Shown one piece after another: positions 10,570-17,492 of a stretch of DNA of 24,000 nt (positions within the stretch are counted from its first letter, which is position 1; every line of letters starts with the position of its first letter). Below the pieces are notes generated by a model. The model was not told the origin of the DNA. It saw only the letters and a program-made list of their open reading frames with translations, and searched no databases. Source of the stretch: Serratia sp. AKBS12 (GTDB lineage Bacteria > Pseudomonadota > Gammaproteobacteria > Enterobacterales > Enterobacteriaceae); the NCBI RefSeq assembly GCF_024793895.1, contig NZ_JANUSB010000015.1, positions 1,607,157-1,631,156 on the forward strand, given 5' to 3'. A program made the translations under genes and the position numbers.

Positions 10570-11103
10570 ATGGCCATCGCGCTGGGTCTGTGCTCGCTGG
10601 CGGCGTCTGCCGATACCGGCGTCAACGATCTGAGCAAAAGCCAGGCGTTTACCGTTAACGCGTCGGTGGTCAAAGGCTGCCTGCTGGGCAACGGCGCCAG
10701 CGATGCTACCACCTTCGGCAACCTGAATTTTGGCCAGGTAGCTACCCTGAGCGGCAACCTTAGCATCGTGTCGAGCGTCAACGCCGGATCGGTGGTGATG
10801 AAATGCAACCCAGGCCTGAGCGTCACGCTGACATTAGGCATCGGCAACCATGTTAGCGGCTCCGTCACCGGCGGACGCAAACTGCAAAAGGACGCCGGCA
10901 CCGAAACGCTGGTTTACCAGCTCTACCAGGACAGCAACTACTCCATCATTTGGGGAGACGACAGCAACGGTGGTGCGGCACAACGGATCACCGCCTCCGG
11001 CAGTTCGCAGGAAATCAAGATTTATGCACGTTTGTTTGCGGCCAGTATCTTGCCCAGCAGTGGCATTTACAGAGATACGGTCTTGTTAACGGTCACCTAT
11101 TAA
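10570..11103 (+). CDS. SCPU-domain minor pilin (CsuB-like)
   Basis: ATG 10570 gives MAIALGLCSLAASA/DTG. An in-frame TTG at 10552 would give a better signal peptide (MVGKYGMAIALG...). Cys pair KGCLLG...MKCNPG and C-terminal GIYRDTVLLTVTY are present. The 272-aa ORF-track version (from 10285) overlaps the previous pilin and is rejected. Confidence 0.8.
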   Translation: MAIALGLCSLAASADTGVNDLSKSQAFTVNASVVKGCLLGNGASDATTFGNLNFGQVATLSGNLSIVSSVNAGSVVMKCNPGLSVTLTLGIGNHVSGSVTGGRKLQKDAGTETLVYQLYQDSNYSIIWGDDSNGGAAQRITASGSSQEIKIYARLFAASILPSSGIYRDTVLLTVTY

Positions 11104-11123
11104 TTTTTGCAAAGGATAACAGT

Positions 11124-11882
11124 ATGCGCATCCATGTTCGGCTACCGCTGGTGGTAGGTCTGTTGCTGGCCACTCAACAGCAGGCGCTTGCCGCCGCGTC
11201 CATTCTTATTTGGCCCATCGACCCGGTGATTGAAAGTCAGCAGCCGGCCAGCGCGCTGTGGCTGGAAAACCGTGACGCCAAACAGGTATATATGCAGATT
11301 CGCGTGCTGGGCTGGCAACAGACCGCGGGCGAGGATGACTACCGGATGCAAACCGAGGTGGTGGCCAGCCCGCCGGTTGCTACCATTGCCCCCGGCAAAC
11401 GCCAGTTGATCCGCCTGATACGCCAGACGCCGGTACCGGCGGGTCAGGAGCGCGCCTATCGCATCTTGATCGATGAAGTACCGCTCAAGCAAGACGCGGA
11501 GCAGGCGCAAGGCGCGCAACTGGGCTTGAACTTCCAGATGCGCTATTCCGTACCGTTGTTCGTTAGCGGCGACGGCGTGTGGACCAAACAGGATTACCAG
11601 AGCCCACGTGATTATGCCAGCGCCTCGCAGCCAAAGCTGGCATATCGTCTACTGCAGCAAAATGGCAAACGCTGGCTGGAGGTGCGCAATCAGGGCCACG
11701 TACACGCCCGCCTGTCAAAAGTCACCCTGCAAGGCAAGACGCTGAACGCCGGTTTGCTGGGCTATGTGCTGCCTGGCTCGCAAATGCGCTTCCCGTTACC
11801 GGCGGCCACCGGCGTTGCCTCGGGCGAACTGCGCGCGCAGATTAACGACAACCAGCAGCCCGTTGCCATTCCCGCTTATTGA
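11124..11882 (+). CDS. Periplasmic pilus chaperone (PapD-like, CsuC-like)
   Basis: 252 aa from ATG 11124, with AAAGGA 7 nt upstream. Signal peptide MRIHVRLPLVVGLLLATQQQALA/AAS, then ILIWPIDPVIES...ALWLENRD...VYMQIRVLGW, typical of archaic CU chaperones. It sits between the pilins and the usher. Confidence 0.85.
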   Translation: MRIHVRLPLVVGLLLATQQQALAAASILIWPIDPVIESQQPASALWLENRDAKQVYMQIRVLGWQQTAGEDDYRMQTEVVASPPVATIAPGKRQLIRLIRQTPVPAGQERAYRILIDEVPLKQDAEQAQGAQLGLNFQMRYSVPLFVSGDGVWTKQDYQSPRDYASASQPKLAYRLLQQNGKRWLEVRNQGHVHARLSKVTLQGKTLNAGLLGYVLPGSQMRFPLPAATGVASGELRAQINDNQQPVAIPAY

Positions 11883-14320
11883 GTGGCAAACCGTTGCACA
11901 CATTCATTCGCACTCGGCTTGCCGGCTGGGTTTGCTGCACGCTTGGCGGCCTGTGGCTGCCGGCTGCGATGGCCGATCGGCTGCCGCCTGCCCCCGCCAG
12001 TATCGTCATGCCTGACGCGACGCTATATCTGGAGCCGGTGGTGAACGGCCGGCAGACCGGTAACGTGGTACCGGTCAATTTTCGCGACGGTCATTATTAT
12101 CTGACGCCGCAACAAATGCTCGACGCCGGGCTGCCGGTGGCCGATCGCCAGGCCACGGAAATTGCCGTAGATCGGCTTGCCGAGGTTAACGTGCGTTATA
12201 GCGGAGAGAGTCAGCAATTATTAATTGATATCCCCAATGACTGGTTGCCACGGCAGCATATTGCCGCCAACAACCCCGAGACGGCGATACAGGCCCACAG
12301 CAGTTTGGGATTTCTGTTTAACTATGACGTTTATGCCAGCCAGAACGGCAGCGCGGGTCAGCCGGGGCTGGTTTCTGCCTGGAGCGAACAGCGGCTGTTT
12401 GACGGTTTCGGCGTGATTGCCAATACCGGCATCCTGCGCCACGGTTTCAATGGCGACGGAGCCTCCCCGGACAGCGGCTATATGCGCTACGACAGTCAGT
12501 GGCGCTATACCGACGACAGACGCATGCTGAGCTATACCCTCGGCGATCTGGCCACCGGCGCATTGCCCTGGACCAGTGCCGTGCGGATTGGCGGGCTGCA
12601 ACTGGCGCGTAACTTCGCTACCCGACCAGATTTGATCACCTATCCCTTGCCGCAATTTTCCGGTCAGGCCGCTCTGCCCACCAGCGTCGATCTGTATATC
12701 AACAGCTACAAGAACAGCTCGGTGGCGGTCAATCCAGGCCCGTTCACGCTGGATGCCATCCCCTATGTCAACGGCGCCGGGCAGGCAACGGTGGTAACCA
12801 CCGATGCGCTTGGCCGTCAGGTGAGCACCGTGGTGCCCTTTTATGTCGCCAACACGCTACTCAAGGCCGGCAGCAGCGACTTCAACCTGGCCAGTGGCGC
12901 ACTGCGCCGCAGCTATGGCATTCACTCGAGCGACTACGGCCAATGGGTCGCCAGCAGCAGCGGTCGTTACGGCGTCACTGATTGGCTGACGCTCGAGGGG
13001 CGTGCTGAAAGCGCCGCCGACTTACTGGTGACAGGCGTCGGCAGCGGCGTGCGCCTTGGCCACTGGGGGGTGTTGAACAGCTCCTACAGTTTCAGTCAGG
13101 CCGGTAACGGGGCGTTCGTCGACGGTCAGCCCACGCCGGTACTATCGTCAGATCAAATCAGTCCCCTCGATCAATATGGCAGCCATCACGGCGAGCAAAC
13201 CAGTCTTGGCTATACCTATAGCAATGCGCGTTTCAGCCTTAATGCCCAGCGTATACTGCGCAGCGCGGGCTATGGCGACCTGGCAGCCTATAAAAGCCGT
13301 TACCGTCTCAGCCGCCGCAGCGATCAGCTCACCGGCAGCGTGGGGCTAGATCGGCTCGGCAGCGTTGGTGCCGGCTATTTTGACGTACGGGATACCATCG
13401 GCCAGCGCACCCGGCTGGTGAATTTTTCTTACAGCGTGGCGCTGTGGCGCAACATCAGTTTTTACGCCGCCATCAACCGCGAAATCGGCAGCAGAGGTTA
13501 CAGCAGCCAATTGCAGTTAACCGTACCATTTGACAGTTGGGGTACCACCAGCGTCAGCGCCAGCCGTGACAGTAATAATCGCTGGAGCGAACGCGTCAGC
13601 TACAGCCGCGCTGCGCCGACCGACGGCGGGCTGGGCTGGAACCTGTCCTACGCCGACGGCCAGCATCATGACGGCGGCTATCGTCAGGCCGATGTCACCT
13701 GGCGCGCACGGCGTCTGGAAATGCGCGCCGGACTGTATGGCAATCAGCAGGATTATACCCGCTGGGGCGAAGTCAGCGGCGCGGTGGTAGCGATGAATGG
13801 CGGACTGTATTCCTCCAATACCATCAACGACGCCTTCGCACTGGTCTCAACCAACGGCTATGCCGGTATTCCGGTACGCTACGAGAACCAGCCGATCGGC
13901 GTCACCGACCGCAATGGTTACCTGCTGGTACCTACCGTCACTGCCTATTACCACGCAAAATTCCAGATAGATCCCTTGACGCTGCCGGCGGATGTCACGG
14001 TGCCGACGGTGGATAAAAGCGTGTCTATCCGCGAGCGCAGCGGCTATTTGGTAGATTTCCCGATCGACAAGATCGCCGCCGCCGACGTGCAACTGGTAGA
14101 TGCCCAGGGCAAGCCGCTGGCCAATGGCAGCGTAGTGATGGTTATGGGCCAGCAGCAGCAAAGCTACGTTGGCTGGGATGGCATGACCTATCTGTCACCG
14201 GTAGCAAAACACACGCAACTACAGGTTGTTTCCGCCGACGACGGACAGCGTTGTACAGCACGGTTCAGTCTGACGACGGTACAGGGACTGCAGCGCGTCG
14301 GTCCTATCGTCTGTCGCTAA
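11879..14320 (+). CDS. Outer-membrane fimbrial usher (CsuD-like)
   Basis: 813 aa. The TTG start overlaps the chaperone stop (ATTGA). The signal peptide ends ...LWLPAAMA/DRLP. Size, beta-rich composition and position after the chaperone fit the usher family. Confidence 0.9.
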   Translation: MSGKPLHTFIRTRLAGWVCCTLGGLWLPAAMADRLPPAPASIVMPDATLYLEPVVNGRQTGNVVPVNFRDGHYYLTPQQMLDAGLPVADRQATEIAVDRLAEVNVRYSGESQQLLIDIPNDWLPRQHIAANNPETAIQAHSSLGFLFNYDVYASQNGSAGQPGLVSAWSEQRLFDGFGVIANTGILRHGFNGDGASPDSGYMRYDSQWRYTDDRRMLSYTLGDLATGALPWTSAVRIGGLQLARNFATRPDLITYPLPQFSGQAALPTSVDLYINSYKNSSVAVNPGPFTLDAIPYVNGAGQATVVTTDALGRQVSTVVPFYVANTLLKAGSSDFNLASGALRRSYGIHSSDYGQWVASSSGRYGVTDWLTLEGRAESAADLLVTGVGSGVRLGHWGVLNSSYSFSQAGNGAFVDGQPTPVLSSDQISPLDQYGSHHGEQTSLGYTYSNARFSLNAQRILRSAGYGDLAAYKSRYRLSRRSDQLTGSVGLDRLGSVGAGYFDVRDTIGQRTRLVNFSYSVALWRNISFYAAINREIGSRGYSSQLQLTVPFDSWGTTSVSASRDSNNRWSERVSYSRAAPTDGGLGWNLSYADGQHHDGGYRQADVTWRARRLEMRAGLYGNQQDYTRWGEVSGAVVAMNGGLYSSNTINDAFALVSTNGYAGIPVRYENQPIGVTDRNGYLLVPTVTAYYHAKFQIDPLTLPADVTVPTVDKSVSIRERSGYLVDFPIDKIAAADVQLVDAQGKPLANGSVVMVMGQQQQSYVGWDGMTYLSPVAKHTQLQVVSADDGQRCTARFSLTTVQGLQRVGPIVCR

Positions 14321-14338
14321 GATAAAGCAGGAGCGAAG

Positions 14339-15271
14339 ATGAATATAGCATTCAAAGCGGCTTTATTGGCACTGACGCTGACCGCCGGACATCGGGCAAT
14401 GGCCGATTGCGCGGTCAGCAATGGTATGGTCAATATCGGCAGCAACAGTTCGTTTGCGGTATACAATACCGCCTTGCGGGCACAGGGTACCGGCGGTTTG
14501 AACTGTTCCGGGCTGGGATTGACGCTGCTGACGCAGAATACCGTGTCGGTCAAGATCCTCTCGACCACCAACACCATGTTTCTTGCCAATACCGACGGAT
14601 CAGGCGACAAAATTCCTTATCGCATCTACCCCGATGCCAACTACCAGTACCCTTACGTTGTCGGCCAGACCATTGATTACAGCTCACTGAACCTGCTCTC
14701 GCTGATCTTCGTGTCGTCGAGCATGACGATGCCGTTGTATATCCAGACCACCGCCGGCGCCAACGTGCGCGCCGGCACCTATAGCGACACAATTAACCTG
14801 AGCTGGACATATCGCATCTGCGGGTTGGGCCTGTTGGGCATTTGCCTGGCCTGGACAGGCACCGACGTGCCTGGCACGGTATCGGTCACTGCCGTCGTTA
14901 CCAAGGACTGCCTGATCGGCAGCGCGCCAAACGTCAATTTTGGCAATATGGCGCTGGTCGGCCAGTTTAACGCCGTCACTCAGAGCATCACCCTGACCTG
15001 CACCAAAACCGAGGGCTACAACACCTATTTTACCAACGGCAATAATCAGCTCGGCGGCTGGCGGCAGATGAAAAACGGGACGGCGAATTTTTTGCAATAC
15101 CAGATTTATTTGCCCAACTCCACCACCGTCTGGGACAGTAACAACAAGCAGAGCGGCGCAGGAACCGGGTTGAGTCAAAGTATCAGCTATAAGGCGGCGG
15201 TGAATGCGGCGCAAAGCGAAAGACCGGTGGGCGACTATCAGGACAACGTCAGTTTCGTGGTGGAATATTGA
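14339..15271 (+). CDS. Two-domain SCPU tip subunit/adhesin (CsuE-like)
   Basis: 310 aa with AGGAG 6 nt upstream and signal peptide ...LTAGHRAMA/DC. There are two SCPU-like modules, each with a Cys pair and a terminal motif (GTYSDTINLSWTY; GDYQDNVSFVVEY). It is the last gene of the operon, as csuE is. Confidence 0.8.
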   Translation: MNIAFKAALLALTLTAGHRAMADCAVSNGMVNIGSNSSFAVYNTALRAQGTGGLNCSGLGLTLLTQNTVSVKILSTTNTMFLANTDGSGDKIPYRIYPDANYQYPYVVGQTIDYSSLNLLSLIFVSSSMTMPLYIQTTAGANVRAGTYSDTINLSWTYRICGLGLLGICLAWTGTDVPGTVSVTAVVTKDCLIGSAPNVNFGNMALVGQFNAVTQSITLTCTKTEGYNTYFTNGNNQLGGWRQMKNGTANFLQYQIYLPNSTTVWDSNNKQSGAGTGLSQSISYKAAVNAAQSERPVGDYQDNVSFVVEY

Positions 15272-15406
15272 GCCCGGTTAGCCTGATGCCGGCAATTTTG
15301 CCAGGTTAAATTTTTACTGTGGCATTTTTTGCACCATTGACTATGCTCATTATGACGACCTCTAACTGGTCTTACCTCTTACGCCCCGCTTGAGCAAGGA
15401 GTCTTC

Positions 15407-15655
15407 ATGAGTGTATCCGTAGTGAAAATAGGCAGCTTTGAGGTCGATGATGCATATTTGTCTACGTCGTCCGAACAGGCCGAAGGCAAAGGCATTCTGA
15501 CCATCCCGTGTAAATCCGATCCTGATTTGTGCATGCAGTTGGACGGTTGGGACGAACATACCAGCATCCCGGCAGTACTGAATGGCAAACAATTACTGTT
15601 GTACAAACAGCATTACGATCGTCAGGCCGATGCCTGGGTAATGCGCGTGGCATGA
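15407..15655 (+). CDS. yebV: YebV (DUF1480) small protein
   Basis: 82 aa. LTIPCKSDPDLCMQLDGWDEHTSIPAVLNG...DAWVMRVA matches remembered E. coli YebV (LTIPCKSDPDLCMQLDAWDAETSIPALLNG...DAWIMRLA). AAGGAG lies 6 nt upstream. Confidence 0.9.
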   Translation: MSVSVVKIGSFEVDDAYLSTSSEQAEGKGILTIPCKSDPDLCMQLDGWDEHTSIPAVLNGKQLLLYKQHYDRQADAWVMRVA

Positions 15656-15667
15656 TGGCACGCAAGG

Positions 15668-15708
15668 AAAACGCGCTGTGTTTGCTACAAGACACAGCGC
15701 GTTTTTTT
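15668..15708. terminator. Bidirectional rho-independent terminator between convergent yebV and the C39-like gene
   Basis: AAAACGCGCTGTGT-N10-ACACAGCGCGTTTT, a 14-bp perfect stem with T7 on the plus strand and T4 on the minus strand. The stop codon of the minus-strand gene (15707-15709) lies in the T-tract. Confidence 0.8.
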
Positions 15709-16306
15709 ATGCCAGCGCGATGCCGCGCCCGGCGAAGAATCGCGCAAAGGCATCAAGTGACATCGTCACGTTCTCTCGCGTCGCCAGGCTATCTCCCGAG
15801 GGATTATGAAACCGCAACGTGGTACCGTCTGCCGCGGTTACCAGCACCAGATGCCCGCCTTTATGCGGCGGCGTCTGGTGCGGTTGGCGGATAGACGGAT
15901 GCACCGAGGCCATGAAATAACGTCGGGATGCCAGTAACGACGGTAATTGCTGGGCACTGAGTTCGACGTGCACCTGTGCCGGCAGCCCAAACTGTTCCCC
16001 AACATAGTGAACGAACGGCGCGTAGATCAGTCCCTTGATGCTATCGCCCTGACGCTGATAGGCCCCATACGGCAAACTGCGTCGCGCCAGTTCCAACACC
16101 GGCGGCGCCACGCCGTCACGATCGCGCAGCACCATGTTCAGGCAAGCCATGCCGCAGACGTGATTGGCCCACTCACAGTATTCTGCCTGCGTCAGCGCCC
16201 CGCTGCGCGCCCAGTTGCGGTCGTCGGCCAGCCGGGCATCGCCGGCTATCAGCTGCGCCGCCAGTTCCGGCGTTGCCCACTGGCAGCAATAAGGTACCGG
16301 GTTCAT
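15707..16306 (-). CDS. Cytoplasmic papain-fold (peptidase C39-like / BtrH-like) cysteine enzyme, function unknown
   Basis: 199-200 aa (ATG 16306 or GTG 16309) with no signal peptide. Ordered candidate catalytic residues in ORF-track numbering are Gln10 (PYCCQW), Cys52 (NHVCGMACLNMVL), His153 (GGHLVLV) and Asn169/Asp173 (FHNPSGD). This is the arrangement of C39-like papain-fold enzymes. Confidence 0.7.
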   Translation of the reverse strand: MNPVPYCCQWATPELAAQLIAGDARLADDRNWARSGALTQAEYCEWANHVCGMACLNMVLRDRDGVAPPVLELARRSLPYGAYQRQGDSIKGLIYAPFVHYVGEQFGLPAQVHVELSAQQLPSLLASRRYFMASVHPSIRQPHQTPPHKGGHLVLVTAADGTTLRFHNPSGDSLATRENVTMSLDAFARFFAGRGIALA

Positions 16307-16310
16307 CACC

Positions 16311-16703
16311 TCAGAACGTCTCGATCACCTTGAAATTCATCAGGATCAGCGACATATTGGGGGAGAAAAGATCGTAGGCTTCAAAGAACCGCTGATGCTC
16401 CTGACGCCAATAGGCCAGCGACCGATCGCCTTCCCCTTCGGCATAGGCATGCGCCTCGTCAACCTGATCGAAGCTGGTCAGTTCCACCGCCGTCAATTCC
16501 ACCGCGCAAACCGGCTCACCCTTGCCGTTGACCACCACAAAAACATCGCCTTTTTGTGGAATGCCGTCCTGATCCAGGTTGGCACAGGTCGCGGTCTTGG
16601 TACCGTTGACAATCAACGTCGCCAGTTGGTCTGCCAACTGTTCTGAATCTGCAAATGCCCAACGTTCGGCATTCTCGTATTGTTTGGGTAGCGCCTTCGC
16701 CAT
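16311..16703 (-). CDS. ASCH-domain protein (PUA-like fold)
   Basis: 130 aa from ATG 16703 (MAKALPKQYENAERWAFADSEQLADQLATLIVNGTKTATC...VELTAVELTSFDQVDEAHAYAEGEGDRSLAYWRQEHQRFF). This matches the usual ASCH pattern (G.KTAT...; AEGEGD.SL..WR..H..FF). The 28-codon upstream extension in the ORF track has no SD. Confidence 0.75.
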   Translation of the reverse strand: MAKALPKQYENAERWAFADSEQLADQLATLIVNGTKTATCANLDQDGIPQKGDVFVVVNGKGEPVCAVELTAVELTSFDQVDEAHAYAEGEGDRSLAYWRQEHQRFFEAYDLFSPNMSLILMNFKVIETF

Positions 16704-16897
16704 GTTTATTGCCCTGTTTGAGTCACTTTGCAAACAGAATAGTACACCGGATAGGCCGCTGCCCGCATCCGCTGCGTGTGTATGCACTGCACCGTCAGCA
16801 TCTTTACCGGTTTTTTACCCTAAATCCCTGTGCCTGTGCCAACGCAACAGGCATACTGGACGTTCACCCATTCCATGGCCGACGGCCAGGCGGTAAC

Positions 16898-17008
16898 ATG
16901 AAAGATAGCGACAAAGATCACGATGACACCTTCAGTGATTTATTAAAAGTCATTGCGCTTGTCGTTATTGTCATGGTTGTTTTAGCCATCTGGTATTTCA
17001 GCGCGTAA
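16898..17008 (+). CDS. Small (36 aa) single-TM protein with acidic N-terminal tail
   Basis: MKDSDKDHDDTFSDLLKVIALVVIVMVVLAIWYFSA has an acidic head and a 20-residue hydrophobic helix. AGGCGG lies 4 nt upstream. The 117-aa ORF-track version (from 16655) would run antisense through the ASCH start region and is rejected. Confidence 0.4.
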   Translation: MKDSDKDHDDTFSDLLKVIALVVIVMVVLAIWYFSA

Positions 17009-17025
17009 GGCATAAGGAGGAATAC

Positions 17026-17133
17026 GTGGCAAGCAAGCGCATGCGCAGCAAGCACTGGAAAATGTTCCTGATTCTGTTGTTGATCTGTCTGGCGCTGCTG
17101 CTGTTGCGCTGGGCGGCGATGGTATTCGGTTAA
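17026..17133 (+). CDS. Small (35 aa) single-TM protein with basic N-terminal tail; not in the supplied ORF track
   Basis: GTG start at 17026 is preceded by a consensus SD AAGGAGG (17014-17020, 5-nt spacing). The product is (M)ASKRMRSKHWKMFLILLLICLALLLLRWAAMVFG, with stop TAA at 17131-17133. It starts 17 nt after the previous small gene. Confidence 0.5.
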   Translation: MASKRMRSKHWKMFLILLLICLALLLLRWAAMVFG

Positions 17134-17257
17134 TTTCCGCTGTCGCACATCACGTTCTCGCTTCCCCTTTCCGTTGTTTGCCATTGCCGCCGGCATCGGT
17201 GGCGAATAGCCGCTCCAACTGCTACATTGAGCAAAAATCACCCAACCGAGGTTAACG

Positions 17258-17467
17258 ATGATGTTCTCGGAACAGGAGATCAAACCCGTCTGGGACGAAG
17301 TGGCGCGGCTAATCGGCGACAGCGTGATGCAAATGCGCCACCGGGGCCAAGCGCTGTCGGTAGAATCGCTGGCAGAACACCTTTCGCAGCAGCTGGCATC
17401 CAGCCAGAATATTGAACGTCGCATCCTGATCGGCGCCGCCATCAATATGCTGAAGGGAGAAAAGTGA
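17258..17467 (+). CDS. 69-aa helical protein, possibly YmgB/AriR-family (biofilm/acid-resistance connector-like)
   Basis: GAGG lies 6 nt upstream of the ATG. The product is MMFSEQEIKPVWDEVARLIGDSVMQMRHRGQALSVESLAEHLSQQLASSQNIERRILIGAAINMLKGEK. Size and pattern resemble my recollection of AriR-like proteins. The family call is tentative (about 0.35), but the coding call is firmer. Confidence 0.55.
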   Translation: MMFSEQEIKPVWDEVARLIGDSVMQMRHRGQALSVESLAEHLSQQLASSQNIERRILIGAAINMLKGEK

Positions 17468-17492
17468 ATCGCCAACCGGACGGCTGGCGATT
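17467..17492. terminator. Hairpin between the convergent AriR-like gene and the CitS-family transporter
   Basis: AATCGCCA-N10-TGGCGATT is an 8-bp perfect stem. On the minus strand it is followed by CACTTTTCTCCC (T-rich), so it is more convincing as the transporter terminator. On the plus strand no T-tract follows. Confidence 0.45.

Noticed and set aside
9251-15406. Search for mobile-element hallmarks around the pilus island: integrase, transposase, tRNA, flanking direct repeats or an invertible switch.
   Set aside because: None found by eye. Only weak similarity exists between the GCCGGTTGCC-like strings at 9458 and 15272, which is too short to call a target-site duplication.
16803-16818. 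Tandem TTTAC...TTTAC (reverse complement GTAAA-N6-GTAAA) resembling a CpxR box upstream of the small membrane-protein genes. There is also a single GTAAA near 44-49 in the region downstream of prc.
   Set aside because: The CpxR consensus spacing is N5 and here it is N6. The 5-mers are short and AT-rich, so chance occurrence is likely. It is worth only a note.
16918-17475. 185-aa minus-strand ORF running antisense across all three small plus-strand genes.
   Set aside because: It has no SD and its composition is Ser/Cys/Arg-rich and odd. It would run into the divergent promoter region. The plus-strand genes have SDs and coherent TM or helical products. I cannot fully exclude it without expression data.
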